Below are positions 49,501 to 60,824 of a stretch of DNA of 64,000 bases, piece after piece. Under the pieces are notes generated by a model that worked only from the letters and a program-made list of their open reading frames with translations, had not been told where the DNA came from and ran no database searches. A program made the position numbers and the translations under genes. Location of the stretch: positions 8,372,001-8,436,000 of the forward strand of contig NC_087252.1 in NCBI RefSeq assembly GCF_037042905.1. Direction: 5' to 3'. This stretch comes from Lytechinus pictus. Lineage: Eukaryota. Positions within the stretch are counted from its first letter, which is position 1. Every line of letters begins with the position of its first letter.

Positions 49501-52500
49501 TTTCAGTGCTTCATCCAGGATACTTCAGTATTCTGAATTCATTGCAAGTACTTGAAACACCGCCAGCCATATTACCAGAATTCAACGGCAACATTCCAGT
49601 TCCAGTTATTGAAGTCCGGCGACGTCAACCCCAACCCAGGACCAACACTCGATAATGCTCCTGGAGAGTGTTTTGCCCGTAAGCTATCTGCGAGTACATC
49701 TTACAATGGAACTAATGGATGAATTGTTTATGACAGAGATTTTCTTCTGCAATGTAACCCTGCATGGAAACATTACAGTCCTGAGGTGGTTACAAATGGA
49801 CTATCGAACATTGTTCACAAAACAACGAAGAACAGGGGCATGCTCCACAAGAATTTATGGCTTCGGATCAAAGAACTTGGTATCCAAACACGTTTTCGAG
49901 GTAAGAGAGGAGGACAGAAAAGGGATTCTGCGAACAGCTGTAGTCGAAAGGAGCGACGAAGGAACAACATCAATCTTAAAACAGTGTCGTGTGTTGATAA
50001 CAATCTTGTAAGATCTAGTTGCAACGTTTGTTTGTGGAACGCACATTCTGTAAGAAATAAAACTATTTAGGTTACTGAATACGTTAATGAATATAATATT
50101 GATGTTATGTGCATTACAGAAACCTGGTTAAATAATCATGATAATGTAGTGATTGGGGAGTGCACTCCTATAGGATATACTTTCATTAACTCTCCAAGAG
50201 ATGCAAGTAATCGTGGAGGAGGGATTGGAGTCCTGTATAAAAGCATGCTCAAATTAAAGATTAAGAAAATAGATTTTAGGTTTTCCACATTTGAACACGC
50301 TCATATTACCGACTTGTCAAGCTCTATCCATTTTTTCATTGTCTATATACCACCCCCTTCTTCAGCAAATAGATTCACAAGTTCTGACTTCTTGAATGAA
50401 TTTGATGAATACATATGTGAAATATCACTATGTCCAGGAAAATTGGTGTTATTAGGTGATTTCAATGTCCATTGGGAAGACATGAATAAAAATGATGTGC
50501 TTCACATGAGGAACACCATCTCTTCGGCTGGATTTATTCAGCATGTCGAAGGCCCAACCCACAATCTTGGTCATACTTTAGATCGTTTTTACCAGAGATG
50601 ATTCAGTTATCTTACAGTGTCACACATTTGACACTTGTATTTCTGATCATTATATGATTCATTTTTTACTGGCTCATAAAAAATCAGACCCAGTCTCTGT
50701 TACTTCTTCCTTACGTAATTACCGCAAGATTGATAAAGCTCAATTCAGTCATGCTTTATTTGACTAAGTTTCATCTCAACCAAAAGATTTAGATAATGTG
50801 TCTCTTTTTGACTGGTATGTTTCTGGTGTCACTAAGGTATTGGATATCTGTGCACCATCTTCAACCAAGTCCCGCCCTCTGAAGCGACGTAGACCCTGAT
50901 TTAATCAGTCTGTACTTGTTGCTCGCCAGCACCGACGTAAAGCAGAACGTAAATGGCGTAAAACACGGCTAGACTGAGATCGCACATTGGTCATAGAAGC
51001 TAATAGGAATGTATGCCAAATCATTGATACCGCTAAAGAAGATTTCTTGAAAGATAAGTTAGGTTCGTGTTATGTCAAGGAGGTATATCAGATCATTCAT
51101 TCACTTTTGAACAAGAAGTCAAATCAACTTCCCTTATATGAATCTGCAGCCAGATTAGCTCATCAATTCTCTTCGTTTTTTGTCAACAAGATAAGGAGAA
51201 TAAGAGCTGAACTTGATGCATGTACTCTACCTGTTAACATTCAGTTTATTGATATTGAAAACCAAACTATTCCACTTTTCACAGAATTTCAGGTGCTTTC
51301 TCAGTCAAATGTATCCAGAATCATTATGTCTTCTGCTACTAAATCCTCTCGTCTTGACCCCATTCCTACATGGATTTTGAAAGAAAACATTGTTCATTTA
51401 TTACCATTGCCCACAAATGTAATCAATCAATCTCTTTCCACAGTATTTTCCCTGATCAAGCACATTCAGCAATCATCAAACCTTTTTTGAAGAAATCAGG
51501 GCTGGATGTAAATGATATCAGTAATTATAGACCGGTCTCAAACTTATCATTTCTAGGTAAACTCATCGAGAAGGCAGCATGTACTCAACTAGCTGATCAT
51601 ATTGAATCTAATAATATTCTTGATCCTCTCCAATCTGCCTATAGGTCAGGTCACAGCAATGAGTCTGCTCTGATCAAAGTAAAAAATGACATCATGTTTT
51701 CTCTAGACTCTAATAATGTAGTTTTCATGGTGCTGTTAAATTTATCTGCCGCGTTTGATACAATAGATCATAACATTTTCATATCCCGGTTATTCAATAG
51801 AATAGGCATTAGGTCCACAGTCTTATCCTGGTTCCAATCATACCTGTCTGGATGGACTTCGCAAGTTGATATTGATGGCACATTGTCAAATCCCATAACT
51901 CTAGAATTTGGACTCCCTCAGGGGTCAATAGTCGGACCCATAGGTTACTCAATATATACTCTTCAGTTGGTGATATCATCCGAAATCACTGTATCAATTA
52001 TCATTTTTACGCTGATGACATACAATTATATGTTTCTTTTGATCCGAAGACTCCTGGAGCTCTCAATAATGCACTGGTTAAACTCCAGAATTGTATATCA
52101 GATATAAGACAGTGGATGATAGTGAATAAACTAAAACTTAATGATAATAAAACTGATTTTTTTGTTGCGGCCTCTACTTATAACTTGCGCAATCTTCCAA
52201 ATGTTCAACTTGATGTTGATGGTACACTCATTAGACCATCAGAAAAAATACGAAACCTTGGTGTCATATTTGATTCCCGCATGTCAATGTCGTACCATAT
52301 ATCTCATATCTGTAGCACAGTCACTTTTTATTTTAGGAATATTTCTAGAATCAGAAGGTTTATTGACCAGTCTGCCTGTCACAATGCTGTTCGTTCATTG
52401 GTTCTGTCTCGTATTGATTATTGCAATGGGCTCCTTTCTACAATTCCCTCTAATCAATTAGCCCGTGTTCAACGACTACAAAAATTGGGCGGCACGATTA

Positions 52501-53001
52501 ATCTTACAGGTTTCCCGGGATCATCCTTCCCAACCACTCTTTAATTCTCTTCACTGGCTTCCTTTTAAACAGAGAATTACATTCAAATTACTCTTGATTG
52601 TCTACAAAACACTGAATAAACAGGCTCCACAGTATTTAAGTAACTGCTTGAATCTGTATACACCAACTAGAGCTCTTAGATCGGCCAGTGATCACCTTCG
52701 CCTCACATATTCATTAACTCGTACATTAGCTGGTGACAGAACTTTTACGGTGTCGGCTTCAAAATCCTGGAACAACCTGCCACTAATAATTAGACAGTCT
52801 CCATCAATAGCAATCTTCAAAAAGTCATTAAAAACACATCTCTTTCATACTTTGTAGTTTTTAGAATATTACATCTTATTAATTACACTTAATTTTTTCT
52901 TGTATTATGATCACAAATTATGTTATTTATGCATTGTAAGCGCTTTGGGCCTAATGGGAAAAACGCAGTACAAATGATAAGTAATAATAATAATAATAAT
53001 A
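49501..53001 (+). mobile_element. L2/CR1-group LINE (ORF2 nearly complete, disrupted) with (TAA)n tail
   Basis: APE motifs WNAHSVRNK, CITETWL, GDFNVH, GHTLD, SDH; RT motifs NYRPVSNL, LSAAFDTIDH, PQGSIVGP, YADD (~52008); C-terminal LHWLP...GDRTF. atgtg duplicated at 49496-49500 and 53002-53006. Empty site present in copy A (~37561). Confidence 0.96.
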
Positions 53002-55981
53002 ATGTGCTTAGGTGTAATTCTCACAAAATACGCAAGCGCTTGGCGCTCGCACGTACACACTTCATGAATTCCAAAAGATAGTCCTTAAAATGTCTCTTTT
53101 TAGGGTCAAGTGATACAAAAAATTTCAGCTCGCGCTTCGCGGTCGCATTGTTTGTTTTGTGAGACAGGTACGTATCATGATTACAAAACTTTGCTTATAA
53201 TGTCCCTTTTTAGGACTGAATATCAAACATTTTCAGCTCGCGCTTCGCGGTCGCATTATTTGATCACTAAGATAAATATCTGTTTAATGGCACAGTCCTT
53301 TAAATGTCTCTATTAGGTCAGTATACCTGGCAATTGAGCGCGCGCCCACAATGACTCAACATTTTTGCTGGTGCCCCCCCCCCCCCATTGCCGTGACCCA
53401 CGGTACGGCTCTGTTAGCAGTAGCACTCTTGAAATTTTAGTTGAGACATCTTGCACAGAAGGTCAATTAAAAATTCACAAGTCTTTGATTTTGATATTAT
53501 TAATGCATAGGGTATATCTTTATACTGCAAGTTAGCAACTACGGCACACTAACCTTTCTATTTTGATCCAAAATGTTTATTTTTACAGTGAAAATATCTT
53601 TTTATATCTTTGTATAATTTACCTTAAAGTATTCGCCAAATGACACTTAGTTTTTCAATTCTAAAAAAATCAAAATCCTTTAGCATGTCATTATTGTGGG
53701 GGGGGGGGGGGACATCCCCCATCAGATTCCCCCTGTGCTCATTTTGGTGCTGTCACGCCAAATTTAGTTGGCAAATTCAGCTGGTACACCCCCAACAAAA
53801 TGCTTCTGGCTACGGCCCTGGGATGGAAAGCTAACACAGTGTTTAAAAGGGGATAGAGTAGTGTATGTAGATCATCTATAGATGATACATACACTGTGTT
53901 AGCTTTCCATCCACTCTCAACCTGAAATGAACAGGACCGTGTATTTTGCATTTTCTATTTTCTAACTCTCCAAGAATAACACTTTCGTGTAATGATAATG
54001 GGATATCTTACCCGAGTTGCAGTCTCATTATCGTAAGCTAAGAATGGGTTTCTATCAAACACCTGCACTACCGATCCTCGAACTTCGAGGCCTTGGGTTA
54101 TAAGTTTTTTTTTAATCTACACAAAAAAAAATACAAGCGCCTACCATTTCGGGATTATTAAGTGCATCATACCAGTCGTCTATAACACGATGGAGAAAAG
54201 TATCAATTTTTTTCATGATTTACAAAACGTGAATAGGGTGACCCGTTTTTAGGTCTAAATCTCTTTTATTTCCCGCTCTCACATTGTTTAGTTATATGCC
54301 TATCCTGCCCATGATTACAAAATATGCTTCAAATTTCCATTTCAATTTTTCGCTTTATTTGATTATTGATGGCTAACAGCAAACAGTCTTCAACAGGTCC
54401 CTTTTCGATCAATTATATACGTATTTTGTTCAGGATTACAAACATTGCCCAGAATGTTCGATTTTCAGGACAAGGTACATAATTAAAAAACATTAGCTCA
54501 CGCTTCGCGCTCGAACTATCTAAATATGGCTTTTGAGATTACGATGTTTTATAAGAATAAAGCAAAGAAGTGACTGTTACGAAGAAACAAACAAAAATCA
54601 TCTTTGAGTGGCCGATCGAGGAAAATATGGGTGAAAAACTTCTCCCCCCTTAATAGCGAAAGCTGGATCCACCCCTGAATTTAGGCCTACTTAGGCACCC
54701 CCAGCCAAAAAAATCGTTCCCAGGGCCCTGTCCGGTTTCGGATATTTATCCTTTTATGCTTTTTGTTATATCCGTCATAATAATGACACGTGATTGGTTT
54801 AAATCCCGTCATGTGACTAAAGATAGTACCAACTAACGACATAATGGGCCAAAAATGCGATGAATCCTCACATCTTCTGTCACGAGCCGGTGTCATAGGA
54901 TTTTTGGCCCGGGTACCGGCGGTCCAAAACGGCTAGTTGATTAGTACCGCCAGTACAAAAAATGACTGGTTGAAATTTTTGCCGAAACGACAGGAGAGCC
55001 GCCGTTTCGTTCCGTATTCGTCAGAATGTAGTAAATGTAGTAAATATATTCTATAAATATCTGCTTTGGTGAAATGTTTCAATATATATATTGGTGTGAT
55101 TTTTAATGTAATTTAATCCCAATTATTTACATAATTCGGTCTAAAATTAAAAATGTTGGTACATCTAGATAAGAGATACTTCAGCCTCGTACGTTAGGTA
55201 CCGGTATCTTTTTTGCGCACGCGCAGCGCTGCACTGCTTGGACAGTTGATTGACACGATACGACGCGGCCCGGTACCGCACTGTACTGTGTTAACGAGTG
55301 CCTATCCCTTAAGTTACCCTTCTTAAATGCCCGACCAGTGCCCGATTTCCTCTTACTGTTCTGAGAACTCTTATACAAGTGCATGTTTTATTTTTAAAAA
55401 ATAATTTCAAAATGTTATGCCCCCATCACTTGCCCCTTTTCATATGCAGAGTGCCCCTTTTTACCTTTGATCAAGCGCCCCATTTGAATATGTCGTTATT
55501 CTAATAAATGCCTCTTTTCTTTTCTAGATTGTTCAAAATGTGCAGTTTGTTAAGGTAAAGTATTTGCTATTAGCGCACTCCTATGCAGGGGCACCTGAAC
55601 TGGGAAAAGGCCCCCCCCCTGTGTGTCTACAAGGGGCATTAGAATTTTGACCTTAGGGTGCCCTGGGGTAGGCAAGGTGTTGAACATAATCTGTTTTCAC
55701 CCAACCCCTTTTGACAATTGAGCTTAATTAGAGCTTAATTTAAAAAAAGTGCACCATATCGCATTCCAAAATATTTTTGGAAGTTTGGCCAAAATTGAAC
55801 ACAAATTGAGGTTTTATTACAGAATGAGCTAAATCCAAAACAATTTTATTCTAAAAGGAGCTAAATCCACTATTTACCCATAGGGGTAAATTAAAAAAAA
55901 AACTTGATTTACTAAAAATCGCTTTATATGGATATAGCTCCTTTTGCAATAAACCAGGGATGTGTTAGGAATGGCATGGAC

Positions 55982-57166
55982 CAACGAACGTAGAGGGCAG
56001 CAACACACAAGCGTGTTGCTCTAAGGAAGGTCAACTCGATACGCGCATGCAGCTGAGCTGCGCGCATATTTTATTGTTCATGCCAACGAAATCAAATGCC
56101 GATCAAATACAACAACAAATTAGTAGCGATCAAGAAACGAATATGAAAGAATATGACTACAACAATATTAAAGATAACTTTAAAAATATGTTGAGGAATA
56201 TACATAAATATGAAAACATACTTTGATATTTAAAACTTTCCAAATATAAGTATCAGGAAACTAAAATCATTGCCAAATCGGTGATTGTTGTTATCAGCGA
56301 TTTCACCAGACGGCTGTATTAGGTGATTTGCGTCGAGACGATTTTGTGACCACTCGCAAAGCATTTCGGGATTGAATATAACCACCTTATTTTCTCTGAG
56401 CTCTTCGCTGAACCCATCTACACAGTGCAGCTGCAGCGCAGCGCGCAGCCAATGCAATGCATCCGATGCATGGGTTGTTTTTTCGCCGTCCATGCCATGG
56501 TCTCGGACTCAGAGTTGAAATTTAGATCCGGATTTCGGGGATACAGCGCCTTTATTTCAGATTTATAGACTTAAAAGTCAAATGACATTTAAAATTTGAA
56601 ATCTAACCTTGAACAATCATCGTTGATAAACATCAGCCCTGAAGCCATTACACTTCAAATCAGGCCAGGCAAATTAGACGTCATTGGGATAAGTTGCTAG
56701 ATCTATGACGAGTCGCCTGAAGCCCCAGCGCATCATCAACGTCACTAGCTAGCTGCGCGACCGGCCCAGACTCGGCGCACCCAGGCCAGAAAATGACCTC
56801 GATTATTACGGTGGTTGTCTATGCATTTATTAGTGGTGCAGCGAAATTCAGCAGAAGAAAATAAGAGATATGAGGTATCCTCGTTACAGACTTAATATTC
56901 CAAAATTAGGAAAAATGTCAAAATCATGATTATTTAAGCTAAATATTTTCTTTAAAAATAAAAGTAATATTTTTAATATTTATACCCAGAATATCCGATC
57001 TAATAATTGTTCATTAAAAAATATTTGAAATTAACAAATGAAAAAAAATCAACTCGACAAATTTCCCAAAACCCCACCTTATTTTTTAAAGTGGTCACAA
57101 AATTCGAGCGGAGTTGACCTTCCTTAGAGCAACACGCTTGTGTGTTGCTGCCCTCTACGTTCGTTG
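55982..57166. mobile_element. Non-autonomous P-element-like DNA transposon
   Basis: Perfect ~56-bp TIRs caacgaacgtagagggcagcaacacacaagcgtgttgctctaaggaaggtcaactc. Perfect 8-bp TSD gcatggac at 55974-55981 and 57167-57174. A stray TIR remnant of the same family lies at 11465-11485. Confidence 0.88.
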
Positions 57167-57337
57167 GCATGGACCTATGAAGAGATGGACGATTAACGCG
57201 AGCAATTCTTTGGTCCAATGATAGTCACCGTCGCCTGGTTATGCGCATCTTAATGAGAACATACAGGTGTTGTAACAATAGTAATTACCATGACTACCAA
57301 GACGTATCTGATCACCCAAAGACGGAACAGTTTCCCG

Positions 57338-57494
57338 GGGACCGTTTCATCAACATTTTTGTCTGACAAGTTGTCAGATCTGACATCTTTTCTTGATTCT
57401 GATTGGCTGAGAGGCACTGTTACTATAGTAACTGTCGGATAAAATGGGAATTGTCGGATAAAACTTCCGACAAGTACTTTCATGAAACGCTCCC
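57338..57494. mobile_element. ~160-bp Harbinger-like MITE
   Basis: TIRs gggaccgtttcat / atgaaacgctccc, flanked by ccg / cag. Confidence 0.7.
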
Positions 57495-58549
57495 CAGGTC
57501 TTGATTTTTGTTGGCTCGATTCGAGCGGTAGAGAGCGGACGTGTTTCTTTGTGCTCCCGAAATTTGCCGATTTTTCTGCGGATTGGATTGTTCAATGATA
57601 TTGATTTTGGAATCATCTTGTTCAGGATTTTCTAGTCAATCTACTCCATATAAATTTTCTTCATTAAAAGAGAGTCTTGGCAGGATTTATGTCGATTTTC
57701 TTGAATTTTTGGACATTTTCTCCGAAAAAGGTTTTTTGAACTTGCGTCTTCTTGGTCTGCGTATGTAAACAAGTGTAAACAAGTGTTACTGTGTACGCGA
57801 CATCCTGCGCCCAACTTCTCTACGTGGTCCCACTCGTGCATTTAAGAGTTGGTCTATTGAGCCTGAAGCGGAACCTTTTATCAAGTCAATCAAGCACAAG
57901 TTCTTTGATGAATGAATTGGATCCCCACTTCTAGCCTTCATCAGACTCGAGTCCATCACATGAGTAAGACACAGGGGAGTGAGTACATAAAACAATATTA
58001 ATATTAGCAAGTTTTGATTTTCAGTCTTACTTGGTCTAAGATTAATAAGAGTAAGACTTATGATTTTTGTCACCCTTCATCCTTCAAATCATTTGCTTAT
58101 GCTAGTATTGTCTAACGTTACTCATCCTTTCTTTTCCTTCATCCTTAATCATCCTCCATCGCTTCAGTGTCATCCCTATCATCCTTTTCGTTTGCACTCA
58201 TCGCTTATTTATTTTCGTCACACTGCTTATTAACTGTCTAACGTTACACCCTACTTCGCTAAACTTCATCTTGATAACATTTATTCTATCGCTGTCAGTG
58301 GGCTGGAAGATTTTTCAACATTCTCACCTTACATCCTTCAATTTTAATCTATGATTTTTTCATCACCATCGCCTTCATCCTATTATTTTGTTCATTATCC
58401 AGCCTTTCTCCTCACCTATCCTGCAGCTACAGCTCACTTGTTATTAGAAATAGAATCTTATTCTTAATCATAGTGATTATTGGTTTTGTTGTTGTCATTA
58501 TTTTATTTCTTCCTACTTCGTTGAATTTCTTTCATTTGTTGAGATAAAT

Positions 58550-60824
58550 TTGTTAATTTATGATATGACCATGGCTTCGTGTATATTAAGTGATGTAAAT
58601 ATGGGTAGTTTTAATAGGAAAGGTGAAAAACAAATTGCAGTTACCCTACCACACCCACTATTTGAGAATCTTCAGAATCTAGCCATCCTTGCTTCAACCC
58701 AGAAAGGGGGCATCAACCCACAACATATGTCTGTCCTAACACAAGGGGTTAATAGCAAAGGGATTGCAAAAATTACCATCGAAACTTACAATAAACTCGT
58801 TAATGGGAGGCGAGGCAAACAGAAGAAATTAACCATCACTTTCTTTGGAGCAACTAGCAGGTTACTAGTAAGAGGAAAGCAGACACAGCTGATTCCAGAG
58901 CTGTTATCAAAAATTATTAACATGGATGATTCTGACCTTCAAGTAGACATGACTGATGTGAAAACAACTCTAGAAGAGATTAAAAGGAGACTAGACCTGC
59001 TCTCCAAGATGACTCCCATGAAGCGGAATGGGTGCGATTGCAAAAGAAAAGGAAAGGCTACATGTACATGTCCAGTTTGCGATACTCATGCCTGTACAGA
59101 GACTATTCTTTGTGCCACCTGCAACAGATGGCTACATTTCGAATGCACTCTCTTGTCTCGACAAGACTTGACCCACCTTCTAGGTATGGATGATATTGAT
59201 TACATCTGTGCAGATTGCAGATTCCAGGAAGATATACCTATGAAGCTGTCTACAACACCTACACCATCTCATGAAAGTCAGGTTTCTCAAGAAGCAAACT
59301 GTGCTATTTGCAATACACCAAACTCTGAAAACTCTGTTGAATGTCAAGATTGCTGCAAGTGGTTTCACCAACGTTGCCTCCCTACCAGAGCAGTTAATGA
59401 CAACTCGATCATCTGCACCTCCTGTAGTATTGTGAATCCTCCAACCGTGAGCATGGAGACTCCAGAGGTTTTGGAAGAAGAATCTTCTTGTACTCCTGAC
59501 TCAGTTCCTACTGCTGACCAGTCCCCCTCCATCATTTCTCCAGTAGAGCAGTTAGAGCCAGAAGGGGAAAAATTACTCAAGAAGAGTAATAATGCCAATC
59601 AAAGTCAAGACTCTTTGGATTCTACAAGACCTCAAAGTTCAGAGATCACTTACTAGCCTGACCATTAGCGAAAATGAGAGTCTTCACAGGCAGATGGGGG
59701 AGTCTACCAGAGAAATCAAGCAGTTACAAGATCTGCGTTTTAATGATCAGAATCTACTTAAACAGAAAGATCACTACATTCATAAATTAGAGAAGGCTAT
59801 AAAGGATCGGGATGATACAGTGTATGACTTACAACTTCAACTCGACTTCATGTATGCACAGTGCCTGCAACAAGGAGTTGATCTTATGATGAACGGGAAT
59901 CCTCCCTTGCAACATACTTCAAAGTCAACTTCAAGAGTCATAAATGAGCCTAAAGGTCTGATGAAAAGGAACACATCTAATACAAGAGATAGAATACCCA
60001 CTAGGAACTCATTTTCTCCTTTGATTGATGAATGCTTCTTACCTGACTATACCAGCTCAGACAATGCTCCTAACTATGATACTAGTATTCAGGCTCAACC
60101 ACCCTTCAGTGTGAAAAAGAAACACCCAGAATTTATCAGAAGGAAACCAAACCATTCATATGTCAGCAAAGGAATGAATAATAATAATAGGAAGAATCAA
60201 AACTCCAAGTTTCACTCAAATGAAAGAAGGCAAACTATAAACTGCTGTAAACTATAATGATCAATGGCCAGCCCGAACAAGCTATGTAACATCTAAAACT
60301 GAACGGGATACAGCAAGAGAGATAAATGACAAGCAGGCACAGTTTGTATCTTATGCAGACAAGGTTAAATGTGGTCAAGAGCAAAGTTACTTTCGTCATA
60401 ATACTAATGATTCAGATCTACCTCAGAGAAGAAGAAATAGTAACAGCCAATACCACACCTCTAGGCCCCTCAGCCCAATTTCTCATCAAGAATGCCTTGA
60501 ACTCCAACAACCCAGGAAACAACAGGATAACAGCACCACGAAAGATAGATCATCGGTCACTCAAGTACTGAATCAGGAGGCCTCCAAGCTTACACCTTGA
60601 TTAAGCAACAGGATTTTCGACAGGGCCGAGCCTCCACCGCCGACCACAAAACTCTAATGGAGGACACTTACCAGGCAGTGATGTATACAATCAATCTTCT
60701 GGCACTACCCCTATCCACTACGGACCCTGTCATTCGCCAAGCACTGAGAGCCCAACACCAACAAATACTGCACTTAACCTCCACAAGCCTCCAATTACTA
60801 GAAAACAACAAGGAAAACAACTAA
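58550..60824 (+). pseudogene. LINE ORF1 with two PHD fingers and a coiled coil (frameshifted)
   Basis: C4HC3 twice: CPVC..CATCNRWLHFEC..YICADC and CAIC..VECQDCCKWFHQRC..ICTSC. Heptad-rich segment in the 59592-60257 frame. Confidence 0.85.

Larger units (their letters stand above)
44200..54890 (+). repeat. Copy B of the ~2.2-kb duplication, expanded by ~8.5 kb of nested insertions
   Basis: Collinear with copy A once 44363-49375 and 49501-53001 are removed. Confidence 0.93.

Noticed and set aside
37289..54890. Direct repeats as the LTRs of an LTR retrotransposon
   Set aside because: No TG..CA ends, primer-binding site, polypurine tract or gag/pol between them. The repeat is a mosaic of other repeat fragments.
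54891..55290. TGT-starting sequence at the duplication breakpoint as another TIR element
   Set aside because: No matching inverted terminus or TSD was found in the window.
56230..56493. 87-aa ORF inside the P-like element as a THAP/transposase remnant
   Set aside because: No C2CH THAP signature or catalytic motifs are visible.
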